Shown: positions 17,713 to 28,107 of the stretch, in pieces | Numbering within the stretch: position 1 is the stretch's first letter | Layout: every line of letters begins with the position of its first letter | Source of the DNA: Candidatus Paceibacter sp. | GTDB taxonomy: Bacteria > Patescibacteriota > Minisyncoccia > Phycocordibacterales > BOKC01 | Length of the DNA stretch: 59,041 nt | Assembly (NCBI GenBank): GCA_020724885.1 | Contig: DYGD01000004.1 | Location: 2,239-61,279 of the forward strand | Direction: 5' to 3' | Notes under the pieces: model-generated | What the model was told of the DNA's origin: nothing | The model's input: only the letters and a program-made list of their open reading frames with translations | Database searches by the model: none | Translations under genes and position numbers: made by a program

Positions 17713-18303
17713 ATGATTGTTCTAGATATTGAATCAACTGGGACTGATTTTCAAAAACACGCAATTGTTTCCATAGGCGCGATTGATTTTTTGGAACCGA
17801 CACGGACTTTTTATGAAGAATGCAAAATTTGGGAAGGGGCACACATAGATGGTACAGCTTTGACTGTCAACGGTTTCGGTGTGGAAGAGGTAAAAAGAAA
17901 AGACAAAAAAGGGGAAGGGGAAATTGTTAAAAATTTTATTGATTGGGCGATGACGGCTTCAGAGCACACCATAGCCGGTCAGAATCCTTTTTTTGATTTA
18001 TTTTTTATTCAGGTAGCTTGTCAGAGAGCTGGCCTGAATTTTCCTTTGGCTCACAGGATAGTTGATATGCATTCCGTGTGCTATCTCCATATGATAAAGC
18101 GTGGGATGGTCCCGCCGGTAGAGAAGGGGAGAAGTAACCTCAATTCGGACGCGATTATGGAATATGTCGGCTTGCCGACCGAACCAAAACCCCACAATGC
18201 TCTAAATGGCGCCAAATGGGAAGCTGAGGCCTTCTCTCGGTTGTTTTATGATAAGTCGCTTTTACCCCAATTTGCTAGTTATAAAATTCCTTGGGCAAGA
18301 TAA
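17713..18303 (+). CDS. DEDD-family 3'-5' exonuclease (DnaQ/RNase T-like)
   Basis: Exo I motif VLDIESTG, Exo II GQNPFFDLFF, Exo III region PHNALNGAKWEAEAF. Confidence 0.8.
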   Translation: MIVLDIESTGTDFQKHAIVSIGAIDFLEPTRTFYEECKIWEGAHIDGTALTVNGFGVEEVKRKDKKGEGEIVKNFIDWAMTASEHTIAGQNPFFDLFFIQVACQRAGLNFPLAHRIVDMHSVCYLHMIKRGMVPPVEKGRSNLNSDAIMEYVGLPTEPKPHNALNGAKWEAEAFSRLFYDKSLLPQFASYKIPWAR

Positions 18304-18361
18304 AAAACGCCCCCCTGGCCTTCTTGGCAGTGGGGGGGGTGCTGTGGGGGTGTCTGGCACA

Positions 18362-18865
18362 CTAGCTGATCTGCTTCGGCGGATCAACAAGGTAGAATTT
18401 GCCGGGGTAGATGGAATTTCCGATTAGCTCGATTTCCTTGAGGATGGTTTCCACCTCGTCGAATGTCCGAAGGATTTCTTCGTAGGTTTGGTTGGCCTCA
18501 TCTTCAATCTGCAGAAGTCGCTCTGCGAACCGAATCAGTTCTTCGGCTGTCGCGCGCTCTCTTTTTTCGGTGAATTCCTCTTCAAGTAGAACGCGGTTCC
18601 GGTCGATCTGTTCCAGCTCTTCAGTCAGCTTCGTGAGGTGAGCCCTGGCCCCATCAAACTGTTTTAGTTTTAGAGTCAGCAGTTCTATAGGTCTCACCGC
18701 TTGGAATTGGGGCTCGGCATCACTTTGTTGTGGTGGTGATGGGGCAGTGACGACGGGCTCGCTGACGCTAGAGAGGTGTGAGTAGAAGACCATCCCGATT
18801 GCTATCGTGACGACAGCAAAGAACCCCACCAGACGCTTGTTGGAAAAAACACTGATTTTGTTCAC
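18362..18865 (-). CDS. hypothetical TM-anchored coiled-coil protein, GC-rich cassette
   Basis: I prefer the GTG start at 18863-18865, preceded by GGGAAGGAAATACTC. The track ATG at 18910 sits about 20 nt downstream of the predicted -10, close to the expected transcription start. One TM helix, then heptad-like helical sequence. Confidence 0.6.
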   Translation of the reverse strand: MNKISVFSNKRLVGFFAVVTIAIGMVFYSHLSSVSEPVVTAPSPPQQSDAEPQFQAVRPIELLTLKLKQFDGARAHLTKLTEELEQIDRNRVLLEEEFTEKRERATAEELIRFAERLLQIEDEANQTYEEILRTFDEVETILKEIELIGNSIYPGKFYLVDPPKQIS

Positions 18866-18930
18866 GAGTATTTCCTTCCCTGTGTTTTTTGTTTGGTTGT
18901 ACGTAACCAAACTCGGCGTGCTCTCATTAA

Positions 18931-18959
18931 AATATAATATCTTGTAAGATTTTTGTCAA
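18931..18959 (-). promoter_or_regulatory. sigma70-type promoter TTGACA-N17-TATATT
   Basis: The minus strand reads TTGACAAAAATCTTACAAGATATTATATT. Confidence 0.5.
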
Positions 18960-19083
18960 ATATAAAATACCAATATTTTAAATGTCTTTTGGATTAGAAA
19001 AGATAATATCAATAAAACCCTTGTTTTAAGCCATTTTTGGGTAATTTTAAAATAAACTAAACCATAAAAATCTGTTTTTGTCA

Positions 19084-19112
19084 TTGACAAAATAGATTGA
19101 ATATGCTAGGAT
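19084..19112 (+). promoter_or_regulatory. sigma70-type promoter TTGACA-N17-(TGC)TAGGAT
   Basis: TTGACAAAATAGATTGAATATGCTAGGAT, 58 nt upstream of the 19170 start. A 7-bp hairpin AATCCAG..CTGGATT + TTATTTTT lies in the leader. Confidence 0.5.
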
Positions 19113-19169
19113 GTTAATAATCCAGTAAAAGTTGCTGGATTTTATTTTTAGGAAGAAAATTTCAAAAAT

Positions 19170-19604
19170 ATGCTAAAAATTGCTTTACTTCTTACTCTGA
19201 CCAGCTTGACCGGTCTGAACGCTCCGGCGGTGATGATTGGTGATGTGGTTGATGAGCCTCCGAGTATCGAGGCCGCAGTAGAAGCGGCCTTCGCCCAAGA
19301 ATTGGAAATGACGGACGAGGAAATTGTCCGTGAATACTTTAAAGACGACCCCATTATGGTTAGAATCGCTTTTTGCGAGTCAACCTTCAGACAATATGAT
19401 AAAAATGGGAATGTTTTAAGGGGAGTTGAAAACAGCAGAGACGTTGGTTTGATGCAAATAAACGAACATTTTCATCTTGAGAAGGCGAAAAATCTAGATA
19501 TAGATATTTATACGATTGAGGGTAATATGGAATTTGCCAGATATCTGTATGAAAGAGAGGGGACTAGACCTTGGAACGCTTCTAAAAAATGTTGGAGTAG
19601 ATAA
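19170..19604 (+). CDS. secreted lytic transglycosylase-like (SLT/lysozyme-like) protein
   Basis: Signal peptide; catalytic-type motif AFCESTF and GLMQIN, as in SLT domain proteins. Confidence 0.75.
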   Translation: MLKIALLLTLTSLTGLNAPAVMIGDVVDEPPSIEAAVEAAFAQELEMTDEEIVREYFKDDPIMVRIAFCESTFRQYDKNGNVLRGVENSRDVGLMQINEHFHLEKAKNLDIDIYTIEGNMEFARYLYEREGTRPWNASKKCWSR

Positions 19605-19606
19605 AA

Positions 19607-19640
19607 ATAACCCGCGGTGAATTCCGCGGGTTATTTTTAT
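19607..19640. terminator. bidirectional rho-independent terminator
   Basis: ATAACCCGCGG-tgaatt-CCGCGGGTTAT flanked by an A-run and a T-run, between convergent genes. Confidence 0.6.
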
Positions 19641-19667
19641 CTATACATCACATCTAGCCCCATTTAT

Positions 19668-20666
19668 TTATTCTTTCAGGGGATGAAATTTTTTGTGGGT
19701 ATTTTCAGCGTATTTGTCGGAAGCATGGACATATCTTGTTGTGGTGTCAAGAGATTCGTGCCCCAAAAGAATTTGGATGGCGGCTGGATTAGCGCCTTGT
19801 TCTGCCAGATACGTAGCGAAGCCATGACGGAGCGAATGGGCACTGGTCGGAACGTTTATACCCACAAGCTCTCGATATTTTTTGATCTTCATTTGCAAAT
19901 AATTTGCTGATATGTGCTTGTTTTTATCGCTGGCATTTAACCCGCGGTTGGCTTTGAAAAGAAAAGGTGAGTCATCGTCTCGTTTTTCCAAATAACTTTT
20001 TATGTGTTTTGTGGCCCGTTGTGTTAAATAGACGAAACGTTGTTTTTTTCCTTTTCCTTCAATGAAGATCCGCCCGCTTTTATCAAGCTGATTAATTCTA
20101 AGAGAGATTAATTCGGAGATTCGCATGCCAGATGCAAAAAGTGTTTCTAGAGCCGCCCGGTTTCTTAGGGCGACAATTTTGTCCCTCTCAAACTTTGTCG
20201 GCGATTCTATGAGCTTAATTAATTCTTCCATTTCGGAAACTTGTGGATGTTTTTTTTCCATTCGCAAGAGTTTGATAGTTCCGGGCGCAACAGGTGTCTC
20301 GTGGTCCATATCTATTAGGTAGGATAAGTATCGTCTAAGAGAGCTGAGATTTCTGTTAATTGAACCGCTTTTAAGTTGTCTCTGGGGTTTTTCACCTTCA
20401 GCGGTTTTTCTATCAGACGAATTAAGATAGGCCTTATATTGTTCAATAGTTCTTTTTGTTATTTTTGAAAAGGGAATCCCGCCTAATTCTTCTTCCAAAA
20501 ATAATTCAAAAGTTTTTAAGTCGCGCTCATAATTGTACAAAGTTTCTTTTGAATAATTGTTTGATTGGATAAATAAAAGAAAGTCGTCGAGGTAGGGTAG
20601 GAAGTTTTTACCAGATTTTTCTCCTGACATAGAATAATATAAAAGTGAGTATAATATCTCTAACAC
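19668..20666 (-). CDS. tyrosine recombinase, XerC/XerD family
   Basis: Catalytic residues in context: GMRISEL (R), HSLRHGFAT (HxxR), LGHESLDTTTRYVH (H..Y). Alternative start at 20630. Confidence 0.85.
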   Translation of the reverse strand: MLEILYSLLYYSMSGEKSGKNFLPYLDDFLLFIQSNNYSKETLYNYERDLKTFELFLEEELGGIPFSKITKRTIEQYKAYLNSSDRKTAEGEKPQRQLKSGSINRNLSSLRRYLSYLIDMDHETPVAPGTIKLLRMEKKHPQVSEMEELIKLIESPTKFERDKIVALRNRAALETLFASGMRISELISLRINQLDKSGRIFIEGKGKKQRFVYLTQRATKHIKSYLEKRDDDSPFLFKANRGLNASDKNKHISANYLQMKIKKYRELVGINVPTSAHSLRHGFATYLAEQGANPAAIQILLGHESLDTTTRYVHASDKYAENTHKKFHPLKE

Positions 20667-20747
20667 TCAATTATTATGATAACAAAGCCAGCCCGTGCTG
20701 AATAGGCACCTTTTCCCCTTCTCTCGTCGCATTTCGTACTCTCTCAT

Positions 20748-20960
20748 TTACTGCTTAGGAGAAAAGATGCTAAATATACCCTTTAAAAAGTCCCAGAGGG
20801 GCTTTAGAATGCCCCAGATAGCGTCTAGTACGGCTTTTATTGAGGGATTTTTTATGAAATCAACAATGTCGAAATCCCAAACCAACTTTATAAGAGCTAA
20901 GGCAATTATTATTAGAATTAGAGTTTTTATAAATCCCCTTTTATTTTTGTTGTTATCCAT
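20748..20960 (-). CDS. small membrane protein (70 aa)
   Basis: One clear TM helix (LILIIIALALIKLVW). A TATAAT-like box lies upstream on the minus strand. Confidence 0.45.
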   Translation of the reverse strand: MDNNKNKRGFIKTLILIIIALALIKLVWDFDIVDFIKNPSIKAVLDAIWGILKPLWDFLKGIFSIFSPKQ

Positions 20961-21066
20961 ATTTTTTATTGTCTTGTTAATTATATCATAATAATTTTAG
21001 ATCCGATTTTAATATTTTTTACTTTGATTTATTTACTAAAATATGTTGTAATTATAAAACTAGTTT

Positions 21067-22428
21067 TTACAGAGTTGGAAGATATGACATTGGGTTTAGA
21101 TAGGCCTTTAAATCAGCTAATGGCATATAAGCTCCGTTGCACGGTGTTTTTGATTTATATATTTGCGGTCTTAAACCCTCGGTTATATACAAGCCGAAAT
21201 GCAGATGCGGGCCGGTTGAATACCCTGCTCCGAAAGTTCCCGGCAAGCCACCACTTAGACCCACAGCTTCTCCTGTTTGGACATTCTGTCCCGGTTGGAC
21301 CCTGATTGACGAGAGGTGAGAATAAAGAGTTGAAAGCCCGTTATTGTGTTTTATTAAAACCCATTTGCCGAAGGAATAACAACCCTTAATTTCGTCTGTA
21401 TTTCCAATGTGGCTAACTACCCCAGACAAAGCGGCTTTGACTCTGGTTCCCATTGAAGCTCGGAAATCTATGCCATTATGGCCTCTGCCGCTATAGGCTC
21501 CGCTTCTTGCGAATTCGGTATCGCCGAAATACTGCGTGATAAAAACATTGTCCAGAGGCCAAGATAAAATTCCGGGCCTAGCCGGCGGTATTTGGGATGG
21601 ATCTATTACCAACCGAAGTTGGGACTCAAACTCGAACAATTCTTTTTCAAATTCGGCTTTTCTAGTTAAGTTTCTTGCGAGTATTTTTTGATATTCGGCC
21701 TCCTGATTTTTGGTTTCTTGGAGTAGAGCGGTCTGTCTTTGTTTGTTTAATTCGGCCACATTATGCTGGTCTCTTAGATCGAGACGTAATATCTCTAATT
21801 GATTTTTATTTTCCTCCGCTTCCTTTTTTTTATTTTCTAAAGTTTCTTTTATAATTTTTAAATTATTAAGATTTTGTCTTACTTCAACTTGGAATCTTTG
21901 TAAGGTCTCAACCTCTTCCCAAATAGAAGAAAAGTCCCCATATTTGAGTAAGGATTCTACTAAAGAGCTCTCACTGTTTTCGTCTATTAATCTTAGGGTT
22001 TCTGACAAGCTCTGGCTGTTTTTTGTTATCTTTTGTTCTGACTCCCCTATCTCCAAAACCAGTTTCTCTATATTTAAGGAGGTGTTACTTATTTTGTTTT
22101 CAGTTAAAGAGATGTCTTGACCAAGCTTCTTTTGAGTTAGTTCAATTGATTTTACAGCGCTCTGTAGAGTATTTACTTCTCTCCCCACCTCATTTAGTTG
22201 CTGTCTTGATTTTTCTATCTCTTTTTCTATTTCGCTGATCTGGTTACTTCTCTGGTTTATTTGGTTTTGCAACTCTCTGATTACTTCCTGATTCGCGTAT
22301 AGATTTTTCTCTTCCCAGAGTAAAAAAATCGCCGCAAGTGCGGATAAAACAAAAAATGGTAAAACTAACCAATTGCTTGGTCTTGTCCCTGAATTTTTTC
22401 GCTGAGTTCTTTTGTTGTTTTTTGCCAT
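21067..22428 (-). CDS. M23 family metallopeptidase with long N-terminal coiled coil (EnvC-like)
   Basis: TM/signal segment, about 250 aa of coiled coil, C-terminal M23 motifs HNGIDF and GPHLHFGLY. Confidence 0.85.
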   Translation of the reverse strand: MAKNNKRTQRKNSGTRPSNWLVLPFFVLSALAAIFLLWEEKNLYANQEVIRELQNQINQRSNQISEIEKEIEKSRQQLNEVGREVNTLQSAVKSIELTQKKLGQDISLTENKISNTSLNIEKLVLEIGESEQKITKNSQSLSETLRLIDENSESSLVESLLKYGDFSSIWEEVETLQRFQVEVRQNLNNLKIIKETLENKKKEAEENKNQLEILRLDLRDQHNVAELNKQRQTALLQETKNQEAEYQKILARNLTRKAEFEKELFEFESQLRLVIDPSQIPPARPGILSWPLDNVFITQYFGDTEFARSGAYSGRGHNGIDFRASMGTRVKAALSGVVSHIGNTDEIKGCYSFGKWVLIKHNNGLSTLYSHLSSIRVQPGQNVQTGEAVGLSGGLPGTFGAGYSTGPHLHFGLYITEGLRPQIYKSKTPCNGAYMPLADLKAYLNPMSYLPTL

Positions 22429-23756
22429 CTTAGTAAGGTTTCTTCTTTACCCAAAATCTTAGCTATAGAAAAAGGGTCTGCCGACTTTTCTCTGCCAGTG
22501 AGAGCGTATCGTAGGGGCCATAAAACTTCCCCTCGCCCCCTTTCGTCGGCGTATTTCATCAATTTATCTTTTATTATTTTAACATCCCAATCTGTATTGC
22601 CTAATCCGTTGATTATGTCTGAAGCTTTGCTAAGGTGTAGAATGGTACTTTTTATATCTGGATTTTTAAACCAAGGAACCTTGTCTGCCTGCACAGTCGG
22701 CGCTTCAAAGAAGTAATCCAGCTCACCGTTTTTTACAAGTTCCTGTATATCGCCCCATTTTTTTATTCTTTCGACGATTAAATCTATAAAGACGGGGTTT
22801 CCTAGAACAGGCGATTTTAACCAACCCTCCTTATGTTTTGCCAGATATTCTTTGATTTTGTCCGCTTTCTCTTCTCGGTTTAAATTGTTTAGATATTGCT
22901 GATTTAGCCAGTCAAGTTTTTCTGGATTGAAAACAGCACCACCCTTTTGAACCTTTTTTATGTCAAATATGGAGACCAATTCGTCTAAAGAGAAGATCTC
23001 TCTTTCGTCTCCGGGGTTCCATCCCAAAAGAGCCAAGAAATTTATCATAGTTTGGGGCAGTATACCTTGCTCCCGATAATGCTTCACTGAAACTGAGTCG
23101 CCATGCTTTCTTTTTGAAAGTTTTGATTTGTCTTGGGCTAGAATCAGCGGAATATGGGCATAAACTGGTCTCGGAAATCCGAGCGCTTCTTGGATAAGGA
23201 TTTGTCTTGGAGTATTTGAAATGTGATCTTCGCCTCGTATCACGTGGCTGACATTCATTTCAAAATCATCCACCACTACAGCTAAGTGGTATAGGGGTTC
23301 GCCAAGACCTTTAGCAATTATGAAATCTCCAAGCTCGGTTGTGTCAAACAGGACTTCCCCTCTTATTACATCATTGAATTTGATTTTGGTGTTGGGGTTT
23401 TTGAATCTGATAACCTCTCCCCTGCTCCCTTCTTTTTCCGCGTCTTCTTTTGAAATATAAGCTTTTTCGTTCTTGATGAGATTTTCCAGGTGTTTTTTGT
23501 AGATTGCTGTTCTTTCCGACTGGCGGTAGAATTCATCGAAGGATAAACCCAACCAATTGAGTTCGGATATCAGACCGTCCTCGTATTCTTTTTTTGATCG
23601 CGCCCTGTCGGTGTCCTCGATTCTCAAAATAATCTCACCTTTGTTTTGCTTAGTAAAAATATAATTAAAAAGAGCGGTCCGGGCGCTACCGACATGCAGG
23701 GGTCCGGTTGGCGATGGGGCGAATCGGGTAATGACTTTTTTCAGTTTATAGTCCAT
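22365..23756 (-). CDS. gltX: glutamyl-tRNA synthetase
   Basis: RFAPSPTGPLHVGSARTALFNY (HIGH-type) and KLSKRK (KMSKS-type). Confidence 0.95.
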   Translation of the reverse strand: MDYKLKKVITRFAPSPTGPLHVGSARTALFNYIFTKQNKGEIILRIEDTDRARSKKEYEDGLISELNWLGLSFDEFYRQSERTAIYKKHLENLIKNEKAYISKEDAEKEGSRGEVIRFKNPNTKIKFNDVIRGEVLFDTTELGDFIIAKGLGEPLYHLAVVVDDFEMNVSHVIRGEDHISNTPRQILIQEALGFPRPVYAHIPLILAQDKSKLSKRKHGDSVSVKHYREQGILPQTMINFLALLGWNPGDEREIFSLDELVSIFDIKKVQKGGAVFNPEKLDWLNQQYLNNLNREEKADKIKEYLAKHKEGWLKSPVLGNPVFIDLIVERIKKWGDIQELVKNGELDYFFEAPTVQADKVPWFKNPDIKSTILHLSKASDIINGLGNTDWDVKIIKDKLMKYADERGRGEVLWPLRYALTGREKSADPFSIAKILGKEETLLRWQKTTKELSEKIQGQDQAIG

Positions 23757-23777
23757 AGTTCGGTAAATTTCTAGAAA

Positions 23778-24905
23778 CTATTTCTCGTGTTCTAGTGCCA
23801 AATTTAAAATTTCTTCCGCTATTATTTTAGCCGCGTCTTTCTTGGCAAAATTACCAGCTGCTTTTGCCATGACCTCTGACCTGTTTTTGTCTGATAATAA
23901 TTTTTTTATCTCTAAAATTAAGATTGAACCAGACAGGTTTGATTCTTCAATTACGATACAAGCGCCGCTTCTAGCGTATTCGTAAGCATTCTTTTTTTGA
24001 TGACCACCGTTTGAGTTAGTAATTGGTATGATAATACTAGGTTTGCCCCAGTTGGCGATTTCAAAGATTGTGGAGCCGGCGCGGGAGATAATAAGGTCGG
24101 TCGCACCGGCAGCCATTTTCATTGCCTCGTCATTTAAATAGTCAAAAGGTTTGTATCGGTGTTTGTTCTCTGAATCATACAATACGGCCCGAGACCGGCT
24201 CTCTACGTCTAGATAATTATTTTTGCCGGTTTGGTGGATGATCTGGCAAAATTTTACTAGCTCCGGCAAGGATTCTATTATCAGATCATTTATTTTTTGT
24301 GCTCCTAGAGAACCGCCCAGAACCAAGACACTCGGCAGACCATTTTCAAGTTTTAAAAATTCTCGCGCCCCGTCTTCAGGTGCACTTAGTAAATTTTTTC
24401 TGATCGGGTTTCCGGTCAGAGCCACTTTTTCTTGCTTGAAGTATTCGGTAGCTCCGGGCCAAGAGACAGCAATCCTTTTTGCAAATTTACCTGACCAGAC
24501 GTTTGTTTTTCCCGGGATTGAGTCCGACTCGTGGATAATAACCGGAATCCTTAAGATTCTCGCCGCGAAGACGGCTGGGAAGCTGCCATATCCGCCTTTA
24601 CTGAAGACCACGTCAGGATAAATATAAAACATTATCCAGAGGGCTTTCACCATTCCCCAAATCGTCTTGAAAATATCAGAAAAATTCAATAGTGAAAAAT
24701 ACCTTCGCAATTTGCCCGACGAGACCCTTTTGAAGTTTATATCATTGTCAAAAAGCAGGCCCTCATTGTATGGTTCGGGGGCCATATAATATAGGGTCGG
24801 CTTTATTATATGTTTTTCTTTTTGCAGATCATTTAAGGCCTGGGCGACTGCTATAATTGGATAAAAATGTCCACCCGATCCACCGCCTGTGAATAAAATT
24901 TTCAT
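23778..24905 (-). CDS. murG: UDP-N-acetylglucosamine--N-acetylmuramyl-(pentapeptide) pyrophosphoryl-undecaprenol GlcNAc transferase
   Basis: MKILFTGGGSGGHFYPIIAVA N-terminus and G-loop LVLGGSLGA. Confidence 0.93.
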   Translation of the reverse strand: MKILFTGGGSGGHFYPIIAVAQALNDLQKEKHIIKPTLYYMAPEPYNEGLLFDNDINFKRVSSGKLRRYFSLLNFSDIFKTIWGMVKALWIMFYIYPDVVFSKGGYGSFPAVFAARILRIPVIIHESDSIPGKTNVWSGKFAKRIAVSWPGATEYFKQEKVALTGNPIRKNLLSAPEDGAREFLKLENGLPSVLVLGGSLGAQKINDLIIESLPELVKFCQIIHQTGKNNYLDVESRSRAVLYDSENKHRYKPFDYLNDEAMKMAAGATDLIISRAGSTIFEIANWGKPSIIIPITNSNGGHQKKNAYEYARSGACIVIEESNLSGSILILEIKKLLSDKNRSEVMAKAAGNFAKKDAAKIIAEEILNLALEHEK

Positions 24906-24916
24906 ATATTTACAAG

Positions 24917-26026
24917 TTATCTACTATTATATCGTGACACATTTAAAACAATTCCTATTGAAGCTAAGGTGAAAAACAATGCCGTTCCTCCGTGACTGAC
25001 GAACAAAAGTGGCAAGCCGGACATCGGTACCACTCCGGTCATAGAAGCAATATTAAAGAAAGATTGAATTATTATCAACATAATAATTCCAACCACTAGA
25101 AGCCCTCCGAATTTATCCGGAGACCACTTGGCTATTTTGAGACCTCTCAACGCAAAAAATACAAACAGGGTTATTAGTAGTAGACTGCCTAAAAATCCAA
25201 ATTCTTCGGCTGCTACCGCAAAGATGGAATCGCCAACCGGTTCTGGTAAAAATCCGAATTTTTGTATACTTTGACCAAAACCTCGCCCAAAAGTTCCGCC
25301 GGCGCCTATGGCTATAAGAGATTGCTGGAGCTGATAACTGGCTCTTTGGTAATCTCTGGATGGGTCTAGAAAAGTTATTATTCTCTCCGTGGCGTATGGT
25401 TTTAATAGGGCGATGAGACCGATCCCGATAACACCTAAGATCATGAAGATGATGACATCTCTCCATTTGGCCCCTGCCGCTACAAAAATTGAAAATCCGG
25501 CGGCAGCGATAACCAAGAAAGTTCCTATGTCTGGCTGGGTCAAGAGTAAGCTAGCGGCGATTCCCACCAAGATCAGAAACGGCACAAGACCAAGGTGAAT
25601 TTTTTCTATTTCATTTTTTATTCCAGACAACCAAGTTGAAAGGTAGATTATAAAACCGATTTTTAAAAATTCTGCCGGTTGGAAAGAAATTCCTAATATA
25701 TAAACCCACCTTCTAGCGCCACCGTGCTGAAAGCCGAGTCCGGGTATGAAAACTAAAATCGTGGCAATTACGGAAAAAAGAAAAATATAAATCGCATACT
25801 TTCTCCATTTTCTATAATGAATTTTTGAAAGGGTGAGCATTGCCAGGGTCCCCAAGAACAGACCGAAAAATGTTTGGCTGAAAGCCACATCTCCGAAATT
25901 TCCTTTATCTTTTGCTAATAATCCCAAAGAAGCGGAGGTAAAAATAAAAAAGCCAAAGATTATCAGGGCTAGTGTTAGTAAAAAAAAGACCTTATCAAAT
26001 CCTCGCTTTTTATCTTTTGCTACCAT
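24917..26026 (-). CDS. ftsW: SEDS-family peptidoglycan glycosyltransferase FtsW/RodA
   Basis: 10-TM SEDS topology, FQPAEFLK and PDIGT motifs, located between murG and mraY. Confidence 0.88.
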   Translation of the reverse strand: MVAKDKKRGFDKVFFLLTLALIIFGFFIFTSASLGLLAKDKGNFGDVAFSQTFFGLFLGTLAMLTLSKIHYRKWRKYAIYIFLFSVIATILVFIPGLGFQHGGARRWVYILGISFQPAEFLKIGFIIYLSTWLSGIKNEIEKIHLGLVPFLILVGIAASLLLTQPDIGTFLVIAAAGFSIFVAAGAKWRDVIIFMILGVIGIGLIALLKPYATERIITFLDPSRDYQRASYQLQQSLIAIGAGGTFGRGFGQSIQKFGFLPEPVGDSIFAVAAEEFGFLGSLLLITLFVFFALRGLKIAKWSPDKFGGLLVVGIIMLIIIQSFFNIASMTGVVPMSGLPLLFVSHGGTALFFTLASIGIVLNVSRYNSR

Positions 26027-27087
26027 ATTAAAGCCAAAATAACTCCTATTAGGGCAAAGACGACACTGATGACCCAGAATCTCATAGTAACTTTGTAGGC
26101 CGGCCAGCCGAGAGCTTCAAAATGGTGATGGATTGGGGCGATGATAAATATTTTCTTTTTTCTGAATTTTTTTGAGAAAACTTGGATTATATTTGAAAGC
26201 GATGTGGCGACCAGCGGGAAAGCGATAACCGGCAAAACCAAGATCCCAAAACCACCACCTAAGGTGTCAGTCATAAAAGCAACCACCGAAAGGGTCAAGG
26301 TTAACCCCATTGTTCCTGTTTCCGACATGTAAAATCTGGCCGGAGGAATGTTGAACCATAAAAAAGCCAGCGTCGCGCCGGCGACCATAGCGCAAAAGGC
26401 CGCTAGATTGATTTGTTCCAAGAAAAAGGCGATAGTTGCATAAGCAGAAAAAATAATGACAAAAATGCCACCAGCCAGACCATCAATTCCGTCTATGATG
26501 CCGCCAGAATAAATTGCCAAAGTTACAACTGCAAAAAATGGCACAAACAGCCAGCCAAGCTCCAGGACCCCTATAATCGGCAGATTAATCCCTGTAACAT
26601 CTAATTTCAAGAAGAACCATAGCCCGGCCGAGAGCCCTATTGCCACAACTGCCAAGAGTCTTTTTTTTAGAGATAAACCACCATTTTTTTCAGTTACATT
26701 TTTTACCTCAAGATAGTCGTCAAATAATCCGATCAAAGAACCGAATATCAAAATTGAAAAAGGAATCCATGTTTGGTTTCGGCTCAAAAAATCAAGTTTA
26801 GAAGTCAGTTCGCCGGGCAATAGTTTTGCTGTCATCCATATTCCGATTATTGCAATAAAAGCGCTGAGCCATATCACCACCCCGCCCATTCTTGGGGTTC
26901 CGACTTCTTTTTCTTTGTGTAGAGAATTGAATATCTCTGCTTGTTTTCCGTCAATCGCCAACTTACCGGCTCGCTTTTTCCACATCTTGTTCTTGTAAAG
27001 ATATCCGGTCAGAAAAGGGGTAAGGCCGATTCCAATCCAAAAAGCGATTATTGAAGGGAGAATGACTTTTACAGTATCTATTATCAT
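26020..27087 (-). CDS. mraY: phospho-N-acetylmuramoyl-pentapeptide transferase
   Basis: Polytopic; motifs GLFDDYLEV, IDGIDGLAGG, APIHHHFE. Confidence 0.95.
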   Translation of the reverse strand: MIIDTVKVILPSIIAFWIGIGLTPFLTGYLYKNKMWKKRAGKLAIDGKQAEIFNSLHKEKEVGTPRMGGVVIWLSAFIAIIGIWMTAKLLPGELTSKLDFLSRNQTWIPFSILIFGSLIGLFDDYLEVKNVTEKNGGLSLKKRLLAVVAIGLSAGLWFFLKLDVTGINLPIIGVLELGWLFVPFFAVVTLAIYSGGIIDGIDGLAGGIFVIIFSAYATIAFFLEQINLAAFCAMVAGATLAFLWFNIPPARFYMSETGTMGLTLTLSVVAFMTDTLGGGFGILVLPVIAFPLVATSLSNIIQVFSKKFRKKKIFIIAPIHHHFEALGWPAYKVTMRFWVISVVFALIGVILALIW

Positions 27088-27093
27088 AAAAAA

Positions 27094-28089
27094 TTACCAA
27101 GAAGAATTCTTCTCTTCAATGATAAAGCTTCTGGCCGCACCAATCAATTTTTCGGTGTCGGTAAAACGTTCTTCTATGCTTGAGCCCAAAACCACTATTA
27201 TGATCGGTTGGCCTAATCCGGAGTCAAAGACCGTTACCAAATTGCCTCCGGCTAAATCAGTATAGCCAGTTTTGGCGCCTATCATTCCGGGCACTTTCTT
27301 GGCTATCAGGTTTGTGTTGGTGGCGGTGTGATGTTTGTTGCTAAGAGAAATGAATGACAGCTCTTTATTGTCTGTGGGCTCTAAGATTTCCGGATGTTCC
27401 CGAAGAATGTATTGGAAAAACAACGCGGTTTCTTTGGCGGTGCTGTAAGCGCCACTCTGACTTTTATTTTGATCTAGGCCGGTCTCGTCGTAAACCACCG
27501 TATTTTCTAGGTTTAGTTCTTGTGCTTTTTGATTTATCTTTTCTATAAATTTTTGTCGGCCTTTTCTTGGGTCGTCTGTCCCGGCTGAAATTGCCCCAAC
27601 CACCGAGGCGATAGCTCTGAAGCCATCATTTGAAGACGATACCAAACTAAAATCCAGTAAATCTTTCAAAAGCCAGCGTTCGTCAACATAAAGACCGCTA
27701 TCGCCTTCGGCCTCTAAGAATTCTCTTTGTATTCTGATCTCGGTGTTTGCCGGCGCGAGCTCAAGAGTGATTACGGCGGCGATCATTTTTGTTATAGAAG
27801 CCAGAGGCGCTACCTTGTTTGCTTTTTTTTCAAAGAGGATTCTTTGGTTTTTCATATCCCAAACAAAAGCCGAATCGGCGGCGATCACCAAATCAGAGAA
27901 AAAATTTTCTAAATTTGGAATGGAGGATACCACCCCTTTTTCTTCAGCCCGGTTTTGTGTTGTCATATTATCACTATGACTGATTGATTGTGGTTGTAGT
28001 GGAATGATAAAAGAAAAAGTCAGCAGGAAGGCAAAGAGGACTCCGGTTGTAATGTTTTTGATCTTTGAAAATTGTGTTTTTTGTTCCAT
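27094..28089 (-). CDS. D-alanyl-D-alanine carboxypeptidase (S11, PBP5/6-like)
   Basis: SxxK (ASITKM), SxN (SSSND), KTG (KTGYT). Confidence 0.85.
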   Translation of the reverse strand: MEQKTQFSKIKNITTGVLFAFLLTFSFIIPLQPQSISHSDNMTTQNRAEEKGVVSSIPNLENFFSDLVIAADSAFVWDMKNQRILFEKKANKVAPLASITKMIAAVITLELAPANTEIRIQREFLEAEGDSGLYVDERWLLKDLLDFSLVSSSNDGFRAIASVVGAISAGTDDPRKGRQKFIEKINQKAQELNLENTVVYDETGLDQNKSQSGAYSTAKETALFFQYILREHPEILEPTDNKELSFISLSNKHHTATNTNLIAKKVPGMIGAKTGYTDLAGGNLVTVFDSGLGQPIIIVVLGSSIEERFTDTEKLIGAARSFIIEEKNSSW

Positions 28090-28107
28090 CTGCTTTTTTT
28101 ATTTTCT